From NCBI RefSeq assembly GCF_009914755.1, contig NC_060941.1: a DNA stretch of 64,000 bases; one strand, written 5' to 3'. The number at the start of each line of letters is the position of its first letter. Position 1 is the first letter of the stretch. The notes below the pieces were generated by a model. That model was not told where the DNA came from, searched no databases, and worked only from the letters and a program-made list of their open reading frames with translations. The position numbers and the translations under genes are program-made. Below, piece after piece: positions 27,595 to 41,299 of the stretch. This stretch comes from the human T2T-CHM13v2.0 reference genome, Homo sapiens.

Positions 27595-27872
27595 ATGTAT
27601 ATATATATGTGGAAAATACTATATGTGTATATATATACACACACATATAGTATATATGAATATATACACATGTATATGTGTGTGTGTATATACTAATCAC
27701 ACTCATCAATGAATGTGATCCACGTTCTCATCAATGAATAAGTTCTATGTTCATGTATGTATGTGTATAGATAGATAGATAGATACTCTTCTTTTTTATG
27801 CATTATATTTCTAACCAGCTGCTGAATGATGCTGAGGCTACTGGTCCGGGAATCACACTTTGAGAACCACTG
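27185..27872. mobile_element. MER5A-like element split by a fold-back duplication and simple repeats
   Basis: 5' end gttctcaaacttgagtgtgtattggaatc at about 27186; 3' end ctggtccgggaatcacactttgagaaccactg at about 27841-27872. Confidence 0.65.
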
Positions 27873-30800
27873 GTGGATGGGGAGCATCTAGCATGGTGCT
27901 GAGGCAGTTCTGACATTGAGAGCTAAAGTCAGAGGCAGGAGAATACCCTAGAGATGAGATGCAATGGAAATTGAAAGATGAAAGTGAGACCAAAAAATGT
28001 CTTAAGACAAAAGCAACATCCATTTTAGGGCTCCCTCTCCCTGATGTTTAAGTTAGTGGTCACTTGGGAGTAAATGTGGTCCCCTGAGCAGTGCTGAGAA
28101 GTTTCCCTGAGAGAAGGGCCATGGGTCACTGAGAAAAGCTCTTCCAGTGATCTGCAAGTCAGGCCCTTGCAGGAACTTCAGGCTTCGTTACCATGCCATT
28201 AACCACTGCCCATAGAGTGTGGAACCAGTGCGCAGAGGCTCACAGCTTCAATTTAGAGAAAATAAATGTTGGACTGAAAAGCTCTGGCTGATGGCTTGAC
28301 TTATTAAGTTTTTAAATCTAAATATCTGGCACTGTGAGAAGGGGCAGCCTAAATTGTGTTTTTGTCCTTGAATAGGGCTTCTAATCAAAGAGTTTGGTGA
28401 GGAGCAGACAGTACTTTCCCAGGGACTGTTCTTCCCTGTGCTCTTGACCTACTAAAATTCTCAAAGACCAGCATGACTGGAAAAACTGCATTTGGGCAGG
28501 CTGGGCTGAGAGAAAGTTTGGCCTTTAGAGAGAAACACAGATCCATCTCACAGGAGAAGAGATTTCACTCTATAGATGTGAAATCCCTACTCCTATTTCC
28601 CCAGATGGGATAATAAGCCAATTAGCATCATGAGCCCCATTACTTCAGGATTGTAAAACTGTTCTGCTCCTTTCTGTCATCCTTCTGATTACCAGCGTGA
28701 TTGATAGAATCATTCTTGAGCCCTGGTCACTTATGGAGCTGAAATTTACTTGTGGGCAGAGCCACCATGTCTCCAGGACACCCGTCTGCGGCATTCTACT
28801 TCCCACCATAGACCAAGGCCAGCTCCTTCTTTTCTGTCTCCCTTGAGTGTGCAACTGGGTAGATAAGTTAGAGTCTCAGTTTTTCCCTCTCCTCGCATCT
28901 GTCTTAGGATAAGCCTGTGGGTATGAGGCCATGCGAGAATGCTGGTCTCAAGGTTCAGATTTGGTGGAAGGAGGGGAGAGGAAGGAGTAAGATGCCTCCC
29001 TTCTGTCTCCAGGTATAAGCCAAGCTTTATGCTCTCACTCTGTCTTTCACCAGATTGCTGTATGGCGATTACAGGAGGTGGCTATTAATAAAACAAAACA
29101 CTGATATTTCATTCAGCCTTGGGAATCCCTTGAGAAGAGAGATGACTTGTAGGGAAGGGTATAGGCATTCTGAATGCTTGGACATAATACCATACCAACA
29201 TCTGGAGTGAACCAGCAGGTGAATCTGGGGCAATGCTGAATAGAGGTTCTTGTCTCTATACATGTGCCTTTTCTGGACATTTTGCAGAACATCTTTAAGC
29301 CTCAGTTTTCCTGTTTGAAAAGTGGGTTTACTGATGGTCCATACCTCGTATCATTATTTGGATTAAGTGGGATAATCCATGTAAAAGCACTTGGATCAGT
29401 GCCTGCTGTTCAGTTAATACTCAGTAAACATCAGCTATGAGTATTGTTTTACCCAGCTGTGTGCAACCCTGAAGGATTAGACCTATCACATTTTCTTAGA
29501 GAGGTCTTAAATATTAAATCAGATTTAGTCAACTATCTGTCTTTGTAGAGTCTTGGCACATACTTCCCAGCAGCAGCTGCAGCTTTGACTTCTGCCATTA
29601 GAACTGCTTTACTTTGATGAAAAATACTTATTTTTCATACCATCTGAGTCTATTACTTGCCCCAAAGTGGATGGACTTGGACAGCTTTTAGATAAATAGA
29701 TTGGGGGTGTTTCCTGTCCCTCTGAGGAATGGAAATGAGCGCTTCTGTGAGAGGCAAAGAGAACTCAATGCACACTCATGAGTGCATTCACAGGATTTGA
29801 GAATATGTGATTTATCAAGACCACCTTGTAGTTAGTGGTGTAAATTCAGATAAACACCATAAATTGGAGGTAATGAGTGGTGCCTTTCTCCAGGCCTGGA
29901 TGGGTGATGGGACATCTACAGGAGATTACTCCTGTGTGGGGATTGCAAGTGTCATTTGCAAACATTACGACATTTTGACACATCTCATATGTAAATGCAT
30001 AGCATCTCTTTCAGAGTTTATTCTGTTTGGGACAAATAAGTGTACTGTTGACAATAATATTTCTCAGAATACTTTAACCTTGTAAATATAATTGAAAACA
30101 AATTGCACAGCTGTTTTTTTTCACGCATTTGAATCACCATTGCTGAGAAATATACCAGTTTAATGTTTCGACAAGTTAGCCAGCACGATAGCATCTCAAA
30201 AATTAGTGATAACAGTAACAGATTTCCTGGCCATGCATTCCCCTGTCTCCAGCCTCCATTTCTTCACTTATAAAGTGGAGTTAATGATGCTTACATCACA
30301 GGATTATTGCAAGTATTCATGATTAAGCCCAGCCTGGCTTAGAGCAGGTTCACTGTAGATATTGGTTTTCCTGAAAATGTACATTACAGTTCTGAATCCC
30401 AGTTCTTTAATCTGGAAAAAGGAGATTATCGTACCTACCTTGTTAATGAAATAGTAACCTACCTTATTAATGGGAATGATATCTAATATTTACTAAGTAC
30501 TTATTATGTGCACCACATAATAGAACTTTAGATGGATTATCTAGTTTAATCCTCATAATCATTCCATGAAGTAGAAACTTATTAGACCCATTTTGCAGGT
30601 TAGTAGTGGAAGAGGTTAGATTCTACCCAGACGGTGAATCTGAGCCCATGCTATTACCACCACACTGTCTTTTCTGACTAGCTTTTCTGATTTATGAGAC
30701 AGCACTTTGGAATAGTATATGGAAAAACTTGGCACAGTACCTCATCTGTTGAAAGTGATAATATTCATCTTTCTCTATACCTGCCTTTCTCCTGGTTCCT

Positions 30801-31553
30801 TTCTGAACCCTTCAGAAGCAGCATCTAAAAAAAAATACTTCTTCTGGCCCTTTGGAGGCCTGTTGGGCAAACACACCAGGCTTAGGGACTCAGGGGAGCA
30901 TCTCAGTGGGAGGTCCGTTCTGGGTGGCCTGGAGCAGGAGTACTGGCTTAGGGAAGGAAAGGGTTCCCATCCAGGCTTTGCCACCAACAGCGTCATCAGC
31001 TGACTCTTGGCAAGTCACTCACATTACACAGCTAAGCTAAGACCCCTTCCTGCTCTAAGATCCTGTGTGATGGGTCTTCTTTATCTTTATCATTAGTTTG
31101 TGGTCTGGAACAATGATTTGGGAATGACATGCAGAGAAAATACAGCTAAATAAGGAGACATTGTAGGGAATAGAAGGGGCCAGTGTGCAAAGACACACCA
31201 TTTCTTTCTGTCTGTCCTGTTACTAGCTGTAGGACTTAGGCAAGTAAGTTGGCCTCTCTAAGCATCATTTCCTTCTGTAAAGGTAGAGATAACACCAACT
31301 TCCCTATCTACATCACAGGGCTATCTTAGCTGTTACATGAGAGAATGAATATAAAACGTTGGAAAGTGGACCATGCTTAGAAAAACAATGACTAGTATTA
31401 TTGAAAGAATTTGTAGCAGGTCAAAGGGATTAGAAAACTCCTTCAAATACAAAATACATGACTTTTGTTGTATTGTTAATAAATCATCAAGGGAAACAGA
31501 ATCCAGTCTGCAGTCAAGTAGAAGCCTCTGCTTGGTTTCTTCTTGGGATCAAG

Positions 31554-31585
31554 ATATAGTGAATACCAGCTGGTATTCACTATAT
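31554..31585. repeat. Perfect 32-bp spacerless palindrome
   Basis: ATATAGTGAATACCAG|CTGGTATTCACTATAT is its own reverse complement. Confidence 0.96.
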
Positions 31586-32017
31586 GTACTATAGCAGGTA
31601 TATATAAAAATATATATACCTACTGGCATTATATATACACATATATATCTGCTGGTATTATATATAAAATATATAATATATAAATATATGTAATATATAT
31701 TCTATATATAACATTATATTTATGTAGAATAATATTTCTATATATATTTATATATATTTTTTCTGAGTTAGTTATTCAAAGGAGACAGTACTTTTTATAA
31801 CATGGCATGTAGGGTCTTGTACGCATTTGTGCAAAACTAAATGTTGTATCTCAATTTAATATCCATTAAAGTGTCCATTATCTCTTCCTTGACAGTACAT
31901 TTTAGCAACATTTATGTACTTCTGTACTGTTTTAATGAATTTATGTATAATTATATTTCTTGTAAATATTCATAAGTCTTACCAGCACTATTCTGTCAGT
32001 CTACTTTTTTACCTTGA

Positions 32018-32628
32018 TGTCAGATTTTTAAAAATAAATCTGGACTTGGTAAGGAGAGACTTGTATTCAAATGGATTATTTCAAGGAGTTAGGGAAAGAA
32101 GTATTACAGTAGGAAAAGTGCTTTGCCGATAAGCTCTGCAGGCATCTTGGGAGTTGCAGAGCCGTTCTTTTATAAAGAGGAGCAAAGAACGTTAGAAAGA
32201 ACCATATGCGGGGATGTGGGATGAAAGGATGGCATGATCGGATAGCAGATCAGAGAATACTTTTCCCTGAGCCCAGCCTGTTTTCAGGAGGGACTGTATG
32301 CTGGCTCAGGTTTAGGATGAGCCAAAGTTCAGGGGCCTGGAGGAAGGAGAAAAGTTCAACCAGTTGGGTTAACAAGCATTTTGTTCTGGTTGATCAGTGG
32401 GGGTGGGCAGCTTAGCTAATCATTTATAAGACAAAGAAAGGGAAATCTGGAGGGTCTATGTCTGGCCTTGTCATAGGTAAACGGGGGCATCCGTGAGTCT
32501 TATCTAAGTCATATGGGGAAGGGTAGTGGATCTTCACAGTAAACTTTATGAAACACAAAAGGTAGGGGATTTCTTAACCTTCACTGTAATCTAGGATGAC
32601 AGGGTTCAAATAAAATTCAGCATTGTTG
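32018..32628 (-). mobile_element. ERV1-type solo LTR (MER31-like)
   Basis: The terminus gacagggttcaaataaaattcagcattgttga and internal ttaacaagcattttgttctg resemble recalled MER31. Confidence 0.55.
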
Positions 32629-35600
32629 ATAAGGACCACTATGTCAATTAGGATTGTTTTTAGCTACAAGTAATAGAAAATTGGACAATCAATGACAAAC
32701 AGAGGCATGTTTATCTCACCTAATAAATAGGTCAGAGTTCTACCTATTGGTAGAGTTTGCTGTCATTGATTTAGCATTCAGTGATGCCAGCAACCCTCTG
32801 AGTCTTTCTACTCTGTTTCTCATGTTGATTGCCTCTTGGTCATAGGATAGTTGCAGCAGTTCCAACCATCATGTCCACATTTAAAACAGGGATAAGTCAC
32901 ACGGCTACCTCTCCCTGCAGAGGAGACCAGGGAAGTTATTGGCTGTTTACATTGCCACGGGGTTCTCTTAATAAGGAGAAGGAGTGTTTACCACATCAAG
33001 TCTTATGTTTCTTCTGGCAGTTGCATTCTGTACATGATACTGGCTAATTCTCTACTTCCAACATAATCCTTTTACTATTTGAATTGTAGGAAACTAAATG
33101 TCTTATAACTGGAGCATTAGAAAAGTATCCATTATATTTTAGTCTAGATAAGGAAATTGAGCCACTGTTAGAGGTGGTTTTCTGGAGGAGCTTCAGGAAA
33201 AGCCAAGAATCTCTTGAGTAAGCTTCTTTGGAGTCATTTATTCAAATGTTAGTAAGCTTGGAAAAATAAAACCGATATTGCAAAAGATTTATATCTCTAA
33301 TTTTAAGAGATCTTACACATCAGATCTTATTATAGTAGCAATAAAAGTTTTGCCAAATAAGTTTTGCTTTTTCATATCAAATTGTTTGTATAAACAATGG
33401 TGCCCAACGCTGGTGAGATGCTCCTTTGGAACTGGTGAGAGGAACTGGTGAGAGTACACACTTGGTGCACACGTTCTGCAAGGTTTGTAAAAAGTATAAA
33501 GAGCCTTAAAATGTTAATCTACTTATCCTAAAATTTATCTGTAAGAAAACATTTGTAGTAAAAAAAAAAATAGAATTATGGACCAAGTATTCTATACAAA
33601 CATAAATATTCTGGAAATTTTTTTTCATAAAAATATTTGGAAACAAATTTTTTTGGAGAATAATTGAGTTAGGTATGGAGTCTTCATAACCTCAGTATAA
33701 TATTTAGTTAAAAATAAGAATACAAACTATTTATACCATGTGATTCCCGTTTGATAATGTACAGATGTGTTTATTTACTTAAAGGAAATATGTCAAATAT
33801 TATCAGTAGATATTTTTGGATTATGGGGTTACATGTCACCTTTTAAAAATTCTTTTTGTCATTTTTATAAACTTTTTAATTATAAAAAACTATTTTTTAA
33901 AATATGAAGTAAAAATGAGTGTGGTTGCTGAGATCCTTTTTAAAAAGAAATAATGGGTGAGAAAATGCTTTGATTCAAGAATGTGGACCAGGCTGTTCAG
34001 CGCTTGGACATTGTATTGATGAAGTAGGAAAGGTGTTGCCGTGTTATGGAGCATTTGGTTCCTCTGGAGCTCTGGCATTGCTCAGTTCTGCCTCGAAGGG
34101 AATGTTTAAAGGAAGTTGTCGCAATCGTTCATTCTTCTGTACTCACGCAAATTATGGTTGTTCTATTTTTCTCTTCCTTGAGAACTTCCTGTTCTCATTG
34201 TCTGTGCCATATAACAGGATGGAAGTCACTATGGGTTGTAACTACATTCAGGAGAAGAAGAGAACCAGTGTAAGGGAACAGTGTGTTTTAATTTATGCAG
34301 ATATCCAATGCTAACTTATTTAAAGGTTGGGGAGGTCATTATCTTAACACATAAGAATTCTTGTTGCTTAGAATGTGTGGAAAACAAGGCCTCAGTATTC
34401 TTGAATAATTGCTATTTGTCTCCCTTCCAAAGCCTATGATGAAAACAAGTGTGTATGAGTGTAAATGTGTGGGTATGTATAAATCCTTACTAAGTTCAAT
34501 TGTGTGTGTGAGGGGAGGGGGCAAGAGAGAGAAGATGTTTATCTTCCTGACATCTCTCATCAGACCCTGAGGTCTGCCCTTCTACTGGGGCATCCATGGC
34601 ATGGCACATAAGGGGTTCAGATAGACTAGTTTGATATTTGCTGGTTGGAAATTCTTGGTATAAAATCACATGCTTTTAGAGCTGGAAGATTCTTATGGAT
34701 TCATTTTCAATTTTACATTCATTTTTTGCCAGGTACTTTCACATACATCTGAGATTCCTAAACCGGGATGTATTTATCCCTAGGTTATACCACCCAAGCT
34801 AGAAGACCCTTAAAGCTTCAGGATCTCTAGAAAGATTCAGCATGTTTATTCCTTGACTTCCCCTCAGGCCATGGCACAGTGTTTACAGAGAGGGCTTCAT
34901 TCATGCATGATTAACCAGTAACACGGCCTTAGCGCATGGATGCAAGAGTTCATCCAAAAGTTTATGTTCGTTCATTTGTTTCTTTGCCTTTGTGTTGAAA
35001 TTAATCTAATAGCCATTGCTTTAATTTTAATAATAGAGCCTTTAGGCAAAGCTGAGGGTCAGGAATTGTAAATTGCCACCGTACAGAGAGTGAAATGTGT
35101 GATGGGGCAACTCTAGGCCAGGACCCTCATGGACAAGAATATGGCTTACCAAGGAAACAAGGGAACTCTCTTGTACTTTGGAATCTAGAAAGGCCTTTTC
35201 CCAAATCAAAGGAACTTATATGATTTGAAGCAGATTTCTTTTGTTTTTCATTTTCAGTCTTTTATACAGAATCAAAAAGAAGCAGTTGGTGAAAAATTCT
35301 GTCTTGGAATTGATAAAACAATGTGTTGGGTTTCACTATGCCACATGGCTATTTAAAATATAACCTCTCTCGAGAACTGTAGCTGCCTATGTGACACCCT
35401 TACTTGGATGCTTAATAAACATCTTAAACTCAACTTGTTCAAAAGAGAACTCTTAATTACCCCAAAAGCCCACCAATCACCTCTTCTCCAAGTTTTTTTT
35501 CTGTCTTAGAAGATGGCATTCCCATCTGCCCAACTTGGGTTATGAAAGTTATCCTTGATTCTTTGCTTTCCCTTTCCCCAGGATCTATCAGGAATTCCTT

Positions 35601-36371
35601 TTTACTTTACCTCCAAAATATATCCTTAAATCACTGACTCCTCGCCATCACTGTTGTTACTTCCCTGTTCAAATCACCATCATTTCTTATCTGAACTATT
35701 GCACTGGTCTTCTCACCCATCTCCTTGTTCTCTGATGATCTATTTTCTACCAAGCAGCAAGAATCACCTTTAAAAAATTAATTTGATTGCGTCATTCTTA
35801 AACTGAATTACGAATCAGATCTGGTCATCCCTCTGTTTAAAGCCATCCATTAGTTTTCCATAGCAATGAGAATAAAATCTTTACCTCTTACCCTGGTTTA
35901 CAAAGTCCTTGGGGTCCAGCCCTGACAAACTCTCTAACCTCAGCTCCTGCCACTCTCTCTTTTATCCAGAGTTCTCCAGACCCCAGGTTCTTTAAAGATG
36001 CCAGCCCACCAATCTGAGGACCTTCCTTCTACCAGGAACGGGCTTTTCCTATCTTCCTATGGCTGGCTTCTTCCAACATTTGGAACAAGATGCTCTGATA
36101 AATGTTAACTCTCATAGAGGCCTTTCCTGATCACCTGATTACATAGATGTCCTCCCCATCCCCGCCCTTGCAAGGCATCATTTATCACACAACTCTTCTT
36201 ACCCTATTTAAATTACCTAGATGGCACTTATAGCTATCTCTAGCACTGCTGCCTACCTGAATTTAAGATCTCTGAGAGCAGGGCCTGCACCTGCTTTTTT
36301 ATCATTGTGTCACCAAGACCACAGAGGAGGTCAGTGTTTGGTGTGGCATGAACGTCGTCATCAGCTGCTTT

Positions 36372-37403
<1,032 letters not shown>

Positions 37404-37449
37404 TCAACTTGGGAACCAATAGACATTTCTACCTGTTCTGTTTTTATAG

Positions 37450-37567
37450 AAGACTGGACTTTATGAGTATAAAGTCTTTGGTGTTCTGGAGGACTGCTCA
37501 CCAACTCTACTGGCAGACATCTATATGGACTCAGATTACAGAAAACAATGGGACCAGTATGTTAAAG
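37450..37567 (+). CDS. PCTP: PCTP coding exon 2
   Basis: Acceptor tttttatag|AAG. Translates KTGLYEYKVFGVLEDCSPTLLADIYMDSDYRKQWDQYVK plus 1 nt. Donor AAG|GTGAGT. Confidence 0.97.
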
Positions 37568-37583
37568 GTGAGTGATGCTTGCT

Positions 37584-37877
37584 TTTCTTTTTTTTTTAGA
37601 CGTACTTTCACTTTTGTAGCCCAGGGTGAAGTGCAAAGGTAGGATCTCAGCTCACCGCAATCTCCGCCTCCTGGGTTCAAGCGATTCTCCTGCCTCAGCC
37701 TCCTGAGTAGCTGGGACTACAGGCGCCCGCCACCACACCTGGCTAATTTTTGTATCTTTAGTAGAGACAGGGTTTCTCCATGTTAGTCAGGCTGGTCTTG
37801 AACTTCTGACCTCAGGTGATCCGCTTGCCTTGGCCTCCCAAAGTGCTAGGATTACAGGCATGAGCCGCTGCACCCAG
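37584..37877 (-). mobile_element. AluS starting about 16 nt after the exon 2 donor
   Basis: Poly(T) followed by a full reverse-complement Alu body. Confidence 0.93.
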
Positions 37878-37927
37878 TGCTTTTTTTTTTTTTTTTTTTT
37901 TTGATCATTAAAAAGTAGATCTATTCT

Positions 37928-38217
37928 GACCAGATGCAGTGACTCACGCCTGTAATCCCAGCACGTGGGGAGGCTGAGGCGGACAGATCACTTGAGGCCA
38001 GGAGTTTGAGACCAGCCTGGCCAACATGGTGAAATCCCGTCTCTACTAAAAATACAAAACTTAGCTGGGCATGGTGGCGCATGCCTATAGTCCCAACTAC
38101 TTAGGAGGCTGAGGCACTAAGAATTGCTTGAACCCAAGAAGCAGAGGTTGCAGTGAGCCAAGACTGTACTTCAGCAGGGACAACAGAGGGAGACCCTGTC
38201 TCAAAAAAAAAAAAAAG
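37928..38217 (+). mobile_element. AluS, head-to-head with the preceding Alu
   Basis: gaccagatgcagtgactcacgcctgtaatcccagc ... gagaccctgtctcaaaaa. Confidence 0.92.
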
Positions 38218-38673
38218 TGTAATCTATTTTTATTTATTCTTGCCAGTAGAAAAAAATAAAATTAACTTCTACTACATAGTGCTTCCTATTAAATTTTGGC
38301 ACAAAAGCATTTTAAATGTTGGACTGAAATGCACTTTTGCTATTGCTAGGACTTGCTCCTTACCTAGTTTTAGATCCTCTCCACAGTTTGCTCTTGGGGC
38401 TCCTTTGCTGCCACTTTTAAGTTGTGTGATCCTCCCATGTATCTAGGTTGTCATGAAAGGGGAGGAGGTGCGGTCCAAGTTTTGGTTTGAGAGTTGAATC
38501 AAAATTTTCCAAACAGAGAAGAATACATGTATGTGAGGAGGTAAGAGAGGGACAGGATGACTGGTTAAGAGCATTCTAGGCTCAGGGATCAGCATTAGTA
38601 AGGTCAGGAAAGCGTGAAGCAATATGTTCAATAGCCGCCAGCAGTTTGGTGTTGTTGGGTTGGTTGGAGTAAG

Positions 38674-38803
38674 AGAACCTATCCTAGGTCTTCGACTACT
38701 GTTAGTACTAGTTCTACTACTACTATTGTTAGTACTGCTAGTACTAGTAGAACTAGCTAATAGAACTAGTACTAGTAGTAGTCGAAGAGCTAGGGTAGGT
38801 TCT
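38674..38803. repeat. 130-nt inverted repeat/hairpin with a CTA/TAG-rich core
   Basis: 38674-38716 pairs with 38761-38803 (43 bp, 4 non-Watson-Crick positions). Confidence 0.92.
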
Positions 38804-39014
38804 TCTACTACTAGGCGAACTAGGGCAGCTGTTGGGTCCAGATCCTCCAGGGCCTAGCATGGCGACCAGGCTATCGGTCTTAGATTTTTCCCTGTAAGTT
38901 ATGTGTTATGAAAGACATCACACAGGGACTTCTCCTGCCACTTAGAGCTGGAGTAGCCTCTGCCAACCCAGTCATAGTGGAATGGAACTATGAAACTAGC
39001 CAAAGGCACATAAA

Positions 39015-40035
39015 GCCTTTAGTCAAGACTCTTGGTTGCAAGTAACAGAAAGCCAACTAAAGACAGTGTAAGAAGAGAAAAAGGAGTTTATTAGTTCATG
39101 GCATTGAAAAAAGTCCAGGGGTTTCTAACTTTGAGGACAGCTGCAACAGGGAACTTAAATAATTTCATCAGGATTGTTTCTTTCTCCATCTGTAGACTCT
39201 GTTTTCTTCTGTGTTGACCTAATTCCTAGGCAGATTCTTATGTCATGTCCAAGATGTCTGCCAGAAGATCCAGATTTATATTCTAACCATATGAATAACC
39301 CCAGAGGAAGGAGAATTCTACTTTTCTAGGGATGACAGCCAGATGCCAGGATTGGCTCTTGTCAGCTCAGCTTGGAGTTTGTGCTTATTTTCTGCGGACA
39401 TTCATCATGGTTTTGGGCAACTTAGTGTTCTCAAATACTCTTCCTATTTAGGGGGCAGTGGGATGCTTACCTATCCAAGGGAACAGCCAGACACTGTCTG
39501 TCCAGGCCTCCCTTGCAGCCAAGATACAGTCATGTGACATAGACTCTGCCAATAAGACCCACATGTGGCTTCAATTTGGAAAAGAGCCATGTGAGGAAGC
39601 AGGCAGCATGGAAGATCCATTTTTCAGTGACCAGTGATGGCATCTGACTTTAGGGAAAACAACTGCTGAGTCTCTGATGTTTGCTCCCCAACATCAACAG
39701 CTTTCACTCTGGGTTCTCATCCAGTGGAAGCAGCAGTTAGGCTTTGCTGGAACAATCTTGAGGTTGGAAATCTCACTCTGGTCCATCCGAGAGCTTTACT
39801 AAATCACTTTTTGCTCTCAACTTGCTAGAGTGACTAACTACGACTCTGGACAGATCTGCCATCCCTGAATTCGTCACCATGGCCGTGTCTTGCTCATTTT
39901 CCCAGCCCTGAAATTACTGCAGAGTCAGTCTTGCGAAACCATGCAGCTGAGTAGGGGAAGGGTGATGCCCTGAAGGAAAATTGAGATGCTCAAGGGGCGA
40001 TCAATGCTGAGCATGTAAAAGCAACAGATGTCCAC
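39015..40035. mobile_element. Old MLT1-type LTR, probably with a nested ERVL LTR fragment
   Basis: ttagtcaagactcttggttgcaagtaacagaaa (MLT1-like) and cctcccttgcagccaag...catgtgac (LTR16/33-like). Confidence 0.5.
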
Positions 40036-40828
40036 CTCTCCCTTTCTTTTAAGGACTCTCATCAGCCTCCTGTGACCTTAATGGGCTGGCACACTCCTTA
40101 ATCTACAGTGTGCTTCTAATAGATTTTCTTTCAAAACCTAAATTATCCCTCCTTACCATCTCCTCCAGGGACTTTGGGCTCCTTTAACTGGAGGTAGAAA
40201 GAAGTTTACTGCACAGCACAGTCTGGGGACAGAGGGTGTGCATGCCATTAAATTTCTTTGCTATCTCCCTCCAAGAGTTGGCTGCTGTTTGCACATAATA
40301 GTAAGACGGAAGGATTATTAGGGAAATTTGGTCACCCTAGCTGTGGCATAGTGCAAAGAAACATGGGAGAGAAGAAAGAAACTTGGGGTAAGCCATAGTT
40401 CTGCTGATCTCTAACTATTCAAGAAGGACGTTGCTCATTCTGGAACCTTCATATCCGACCTATGAATGTGCTAGACTGGGTGACTCCGTTCCAGGTTAGC
40501 TGTAATGGATCAAGGAATCCTAAAGGGGAATTAAAGGGCTCAGAAGCAAAACTATTGGTACTCTAGTGACATCTGGTGGTTATCCTGAATTTAAAACCTC
40601 TGACTATTTTTTTGATGTCTGATTTTGTTTCATTGCATTCTATCAAGAATATTGATTATGCTATAGAATGGCCAAGATTTGTTGGCTTCTTTTATTTGTG
40701 CTGTGTTTTTCTATCCACTAGACTCTGTCCCTGGGCAATACGCTTTCAGTGGAAATTAATCGGTTTGACTTTTTTCTAGAATTTTATACCTTATGAGTTA
40801 GTGGTTTATCATAACCTAAGAGGTCATC

Positions 40829-41146
40829 TTTTTTTTTTTTTTTCTTGAGACATGGTGTCATTCTGTCACCCAGGCTGGAGTGCAGTGGTGCAATCATGGC
40901 TTGGCTCACTGCAGCCTTGACCTGCTAGGCTTGGATGATCCTCCTACCTCAGCCTCCAGAGTAGCTGGGACTACAGACATGCACCACCATACCTGGCTGA
41001 TTTTTTTGCTTTTTTTTTTTTTTATATATAGAGATGGGGTTTCACCATATTTCCCAGGCTGGTCTTGAACTCCTGGACTTGAGCAATTGACTCACCTTGG
41101 CCTCAAAAAGTGCTGGGATTACAGGCATGAGCCACCATGCTTGGCC
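40829..41146 (-). mobile_element. AluJ-like element upstream of exon 3
   Basis: Full reverse Alu; TAAGAGGTCAT is duplicated on both flanks. Confidence 0.92.
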
Positions 41147-41219
41147 TAAGAGGTCATACCCTTATTAGTTGTAGCTAAAAAGGCTTCCAGATGCATTAAC
41201 TTCTTTTGCTTTCCTTTAG

Positions 41220-41299
41220 AACTCTATGAACAAGAATGCAACGGAGAGACTGTGGTCTACTGGGAAGTGAAGTACCCTTTTCCCATGTCCAACAGAGAC
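41220..41299 (+). CDS. PCTP: PCTP coding exon 3
   Basis: Acceptor ttcctttag|AA. Translates (E)LYEQECNGETVVYWEVKYPFPMSNRD, including the START-domain P-x-S-N-R-D motif. Followed by the U12-type donor GTATCCTTT. Confidence 0.96.

Noticed and set aside
24733-27709. Several Y/I/C/V/H/T-rich ORFs
   Set aside because: Translations of TA/TG/CA simple repeats.
33428-33454. 13-bp tandem duplication (another at 50422-50447)
   Set aside because: Common slippage-type microduplications with no functional context.
38624-38857. 77-aa ORF with a poly-Leu/Val, membrane-like stretch
   Set aside because: The hydrophobic run is a translation of the CTA/GTA repeat in the hairpin; there is no promoter or splice support.
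41220-41299. Exon 3 circRNA driven by the flanking inverted Alus
   Set aside because: It would join a U12 donor to a U2 acceptor, and the exon is only 80 nt.
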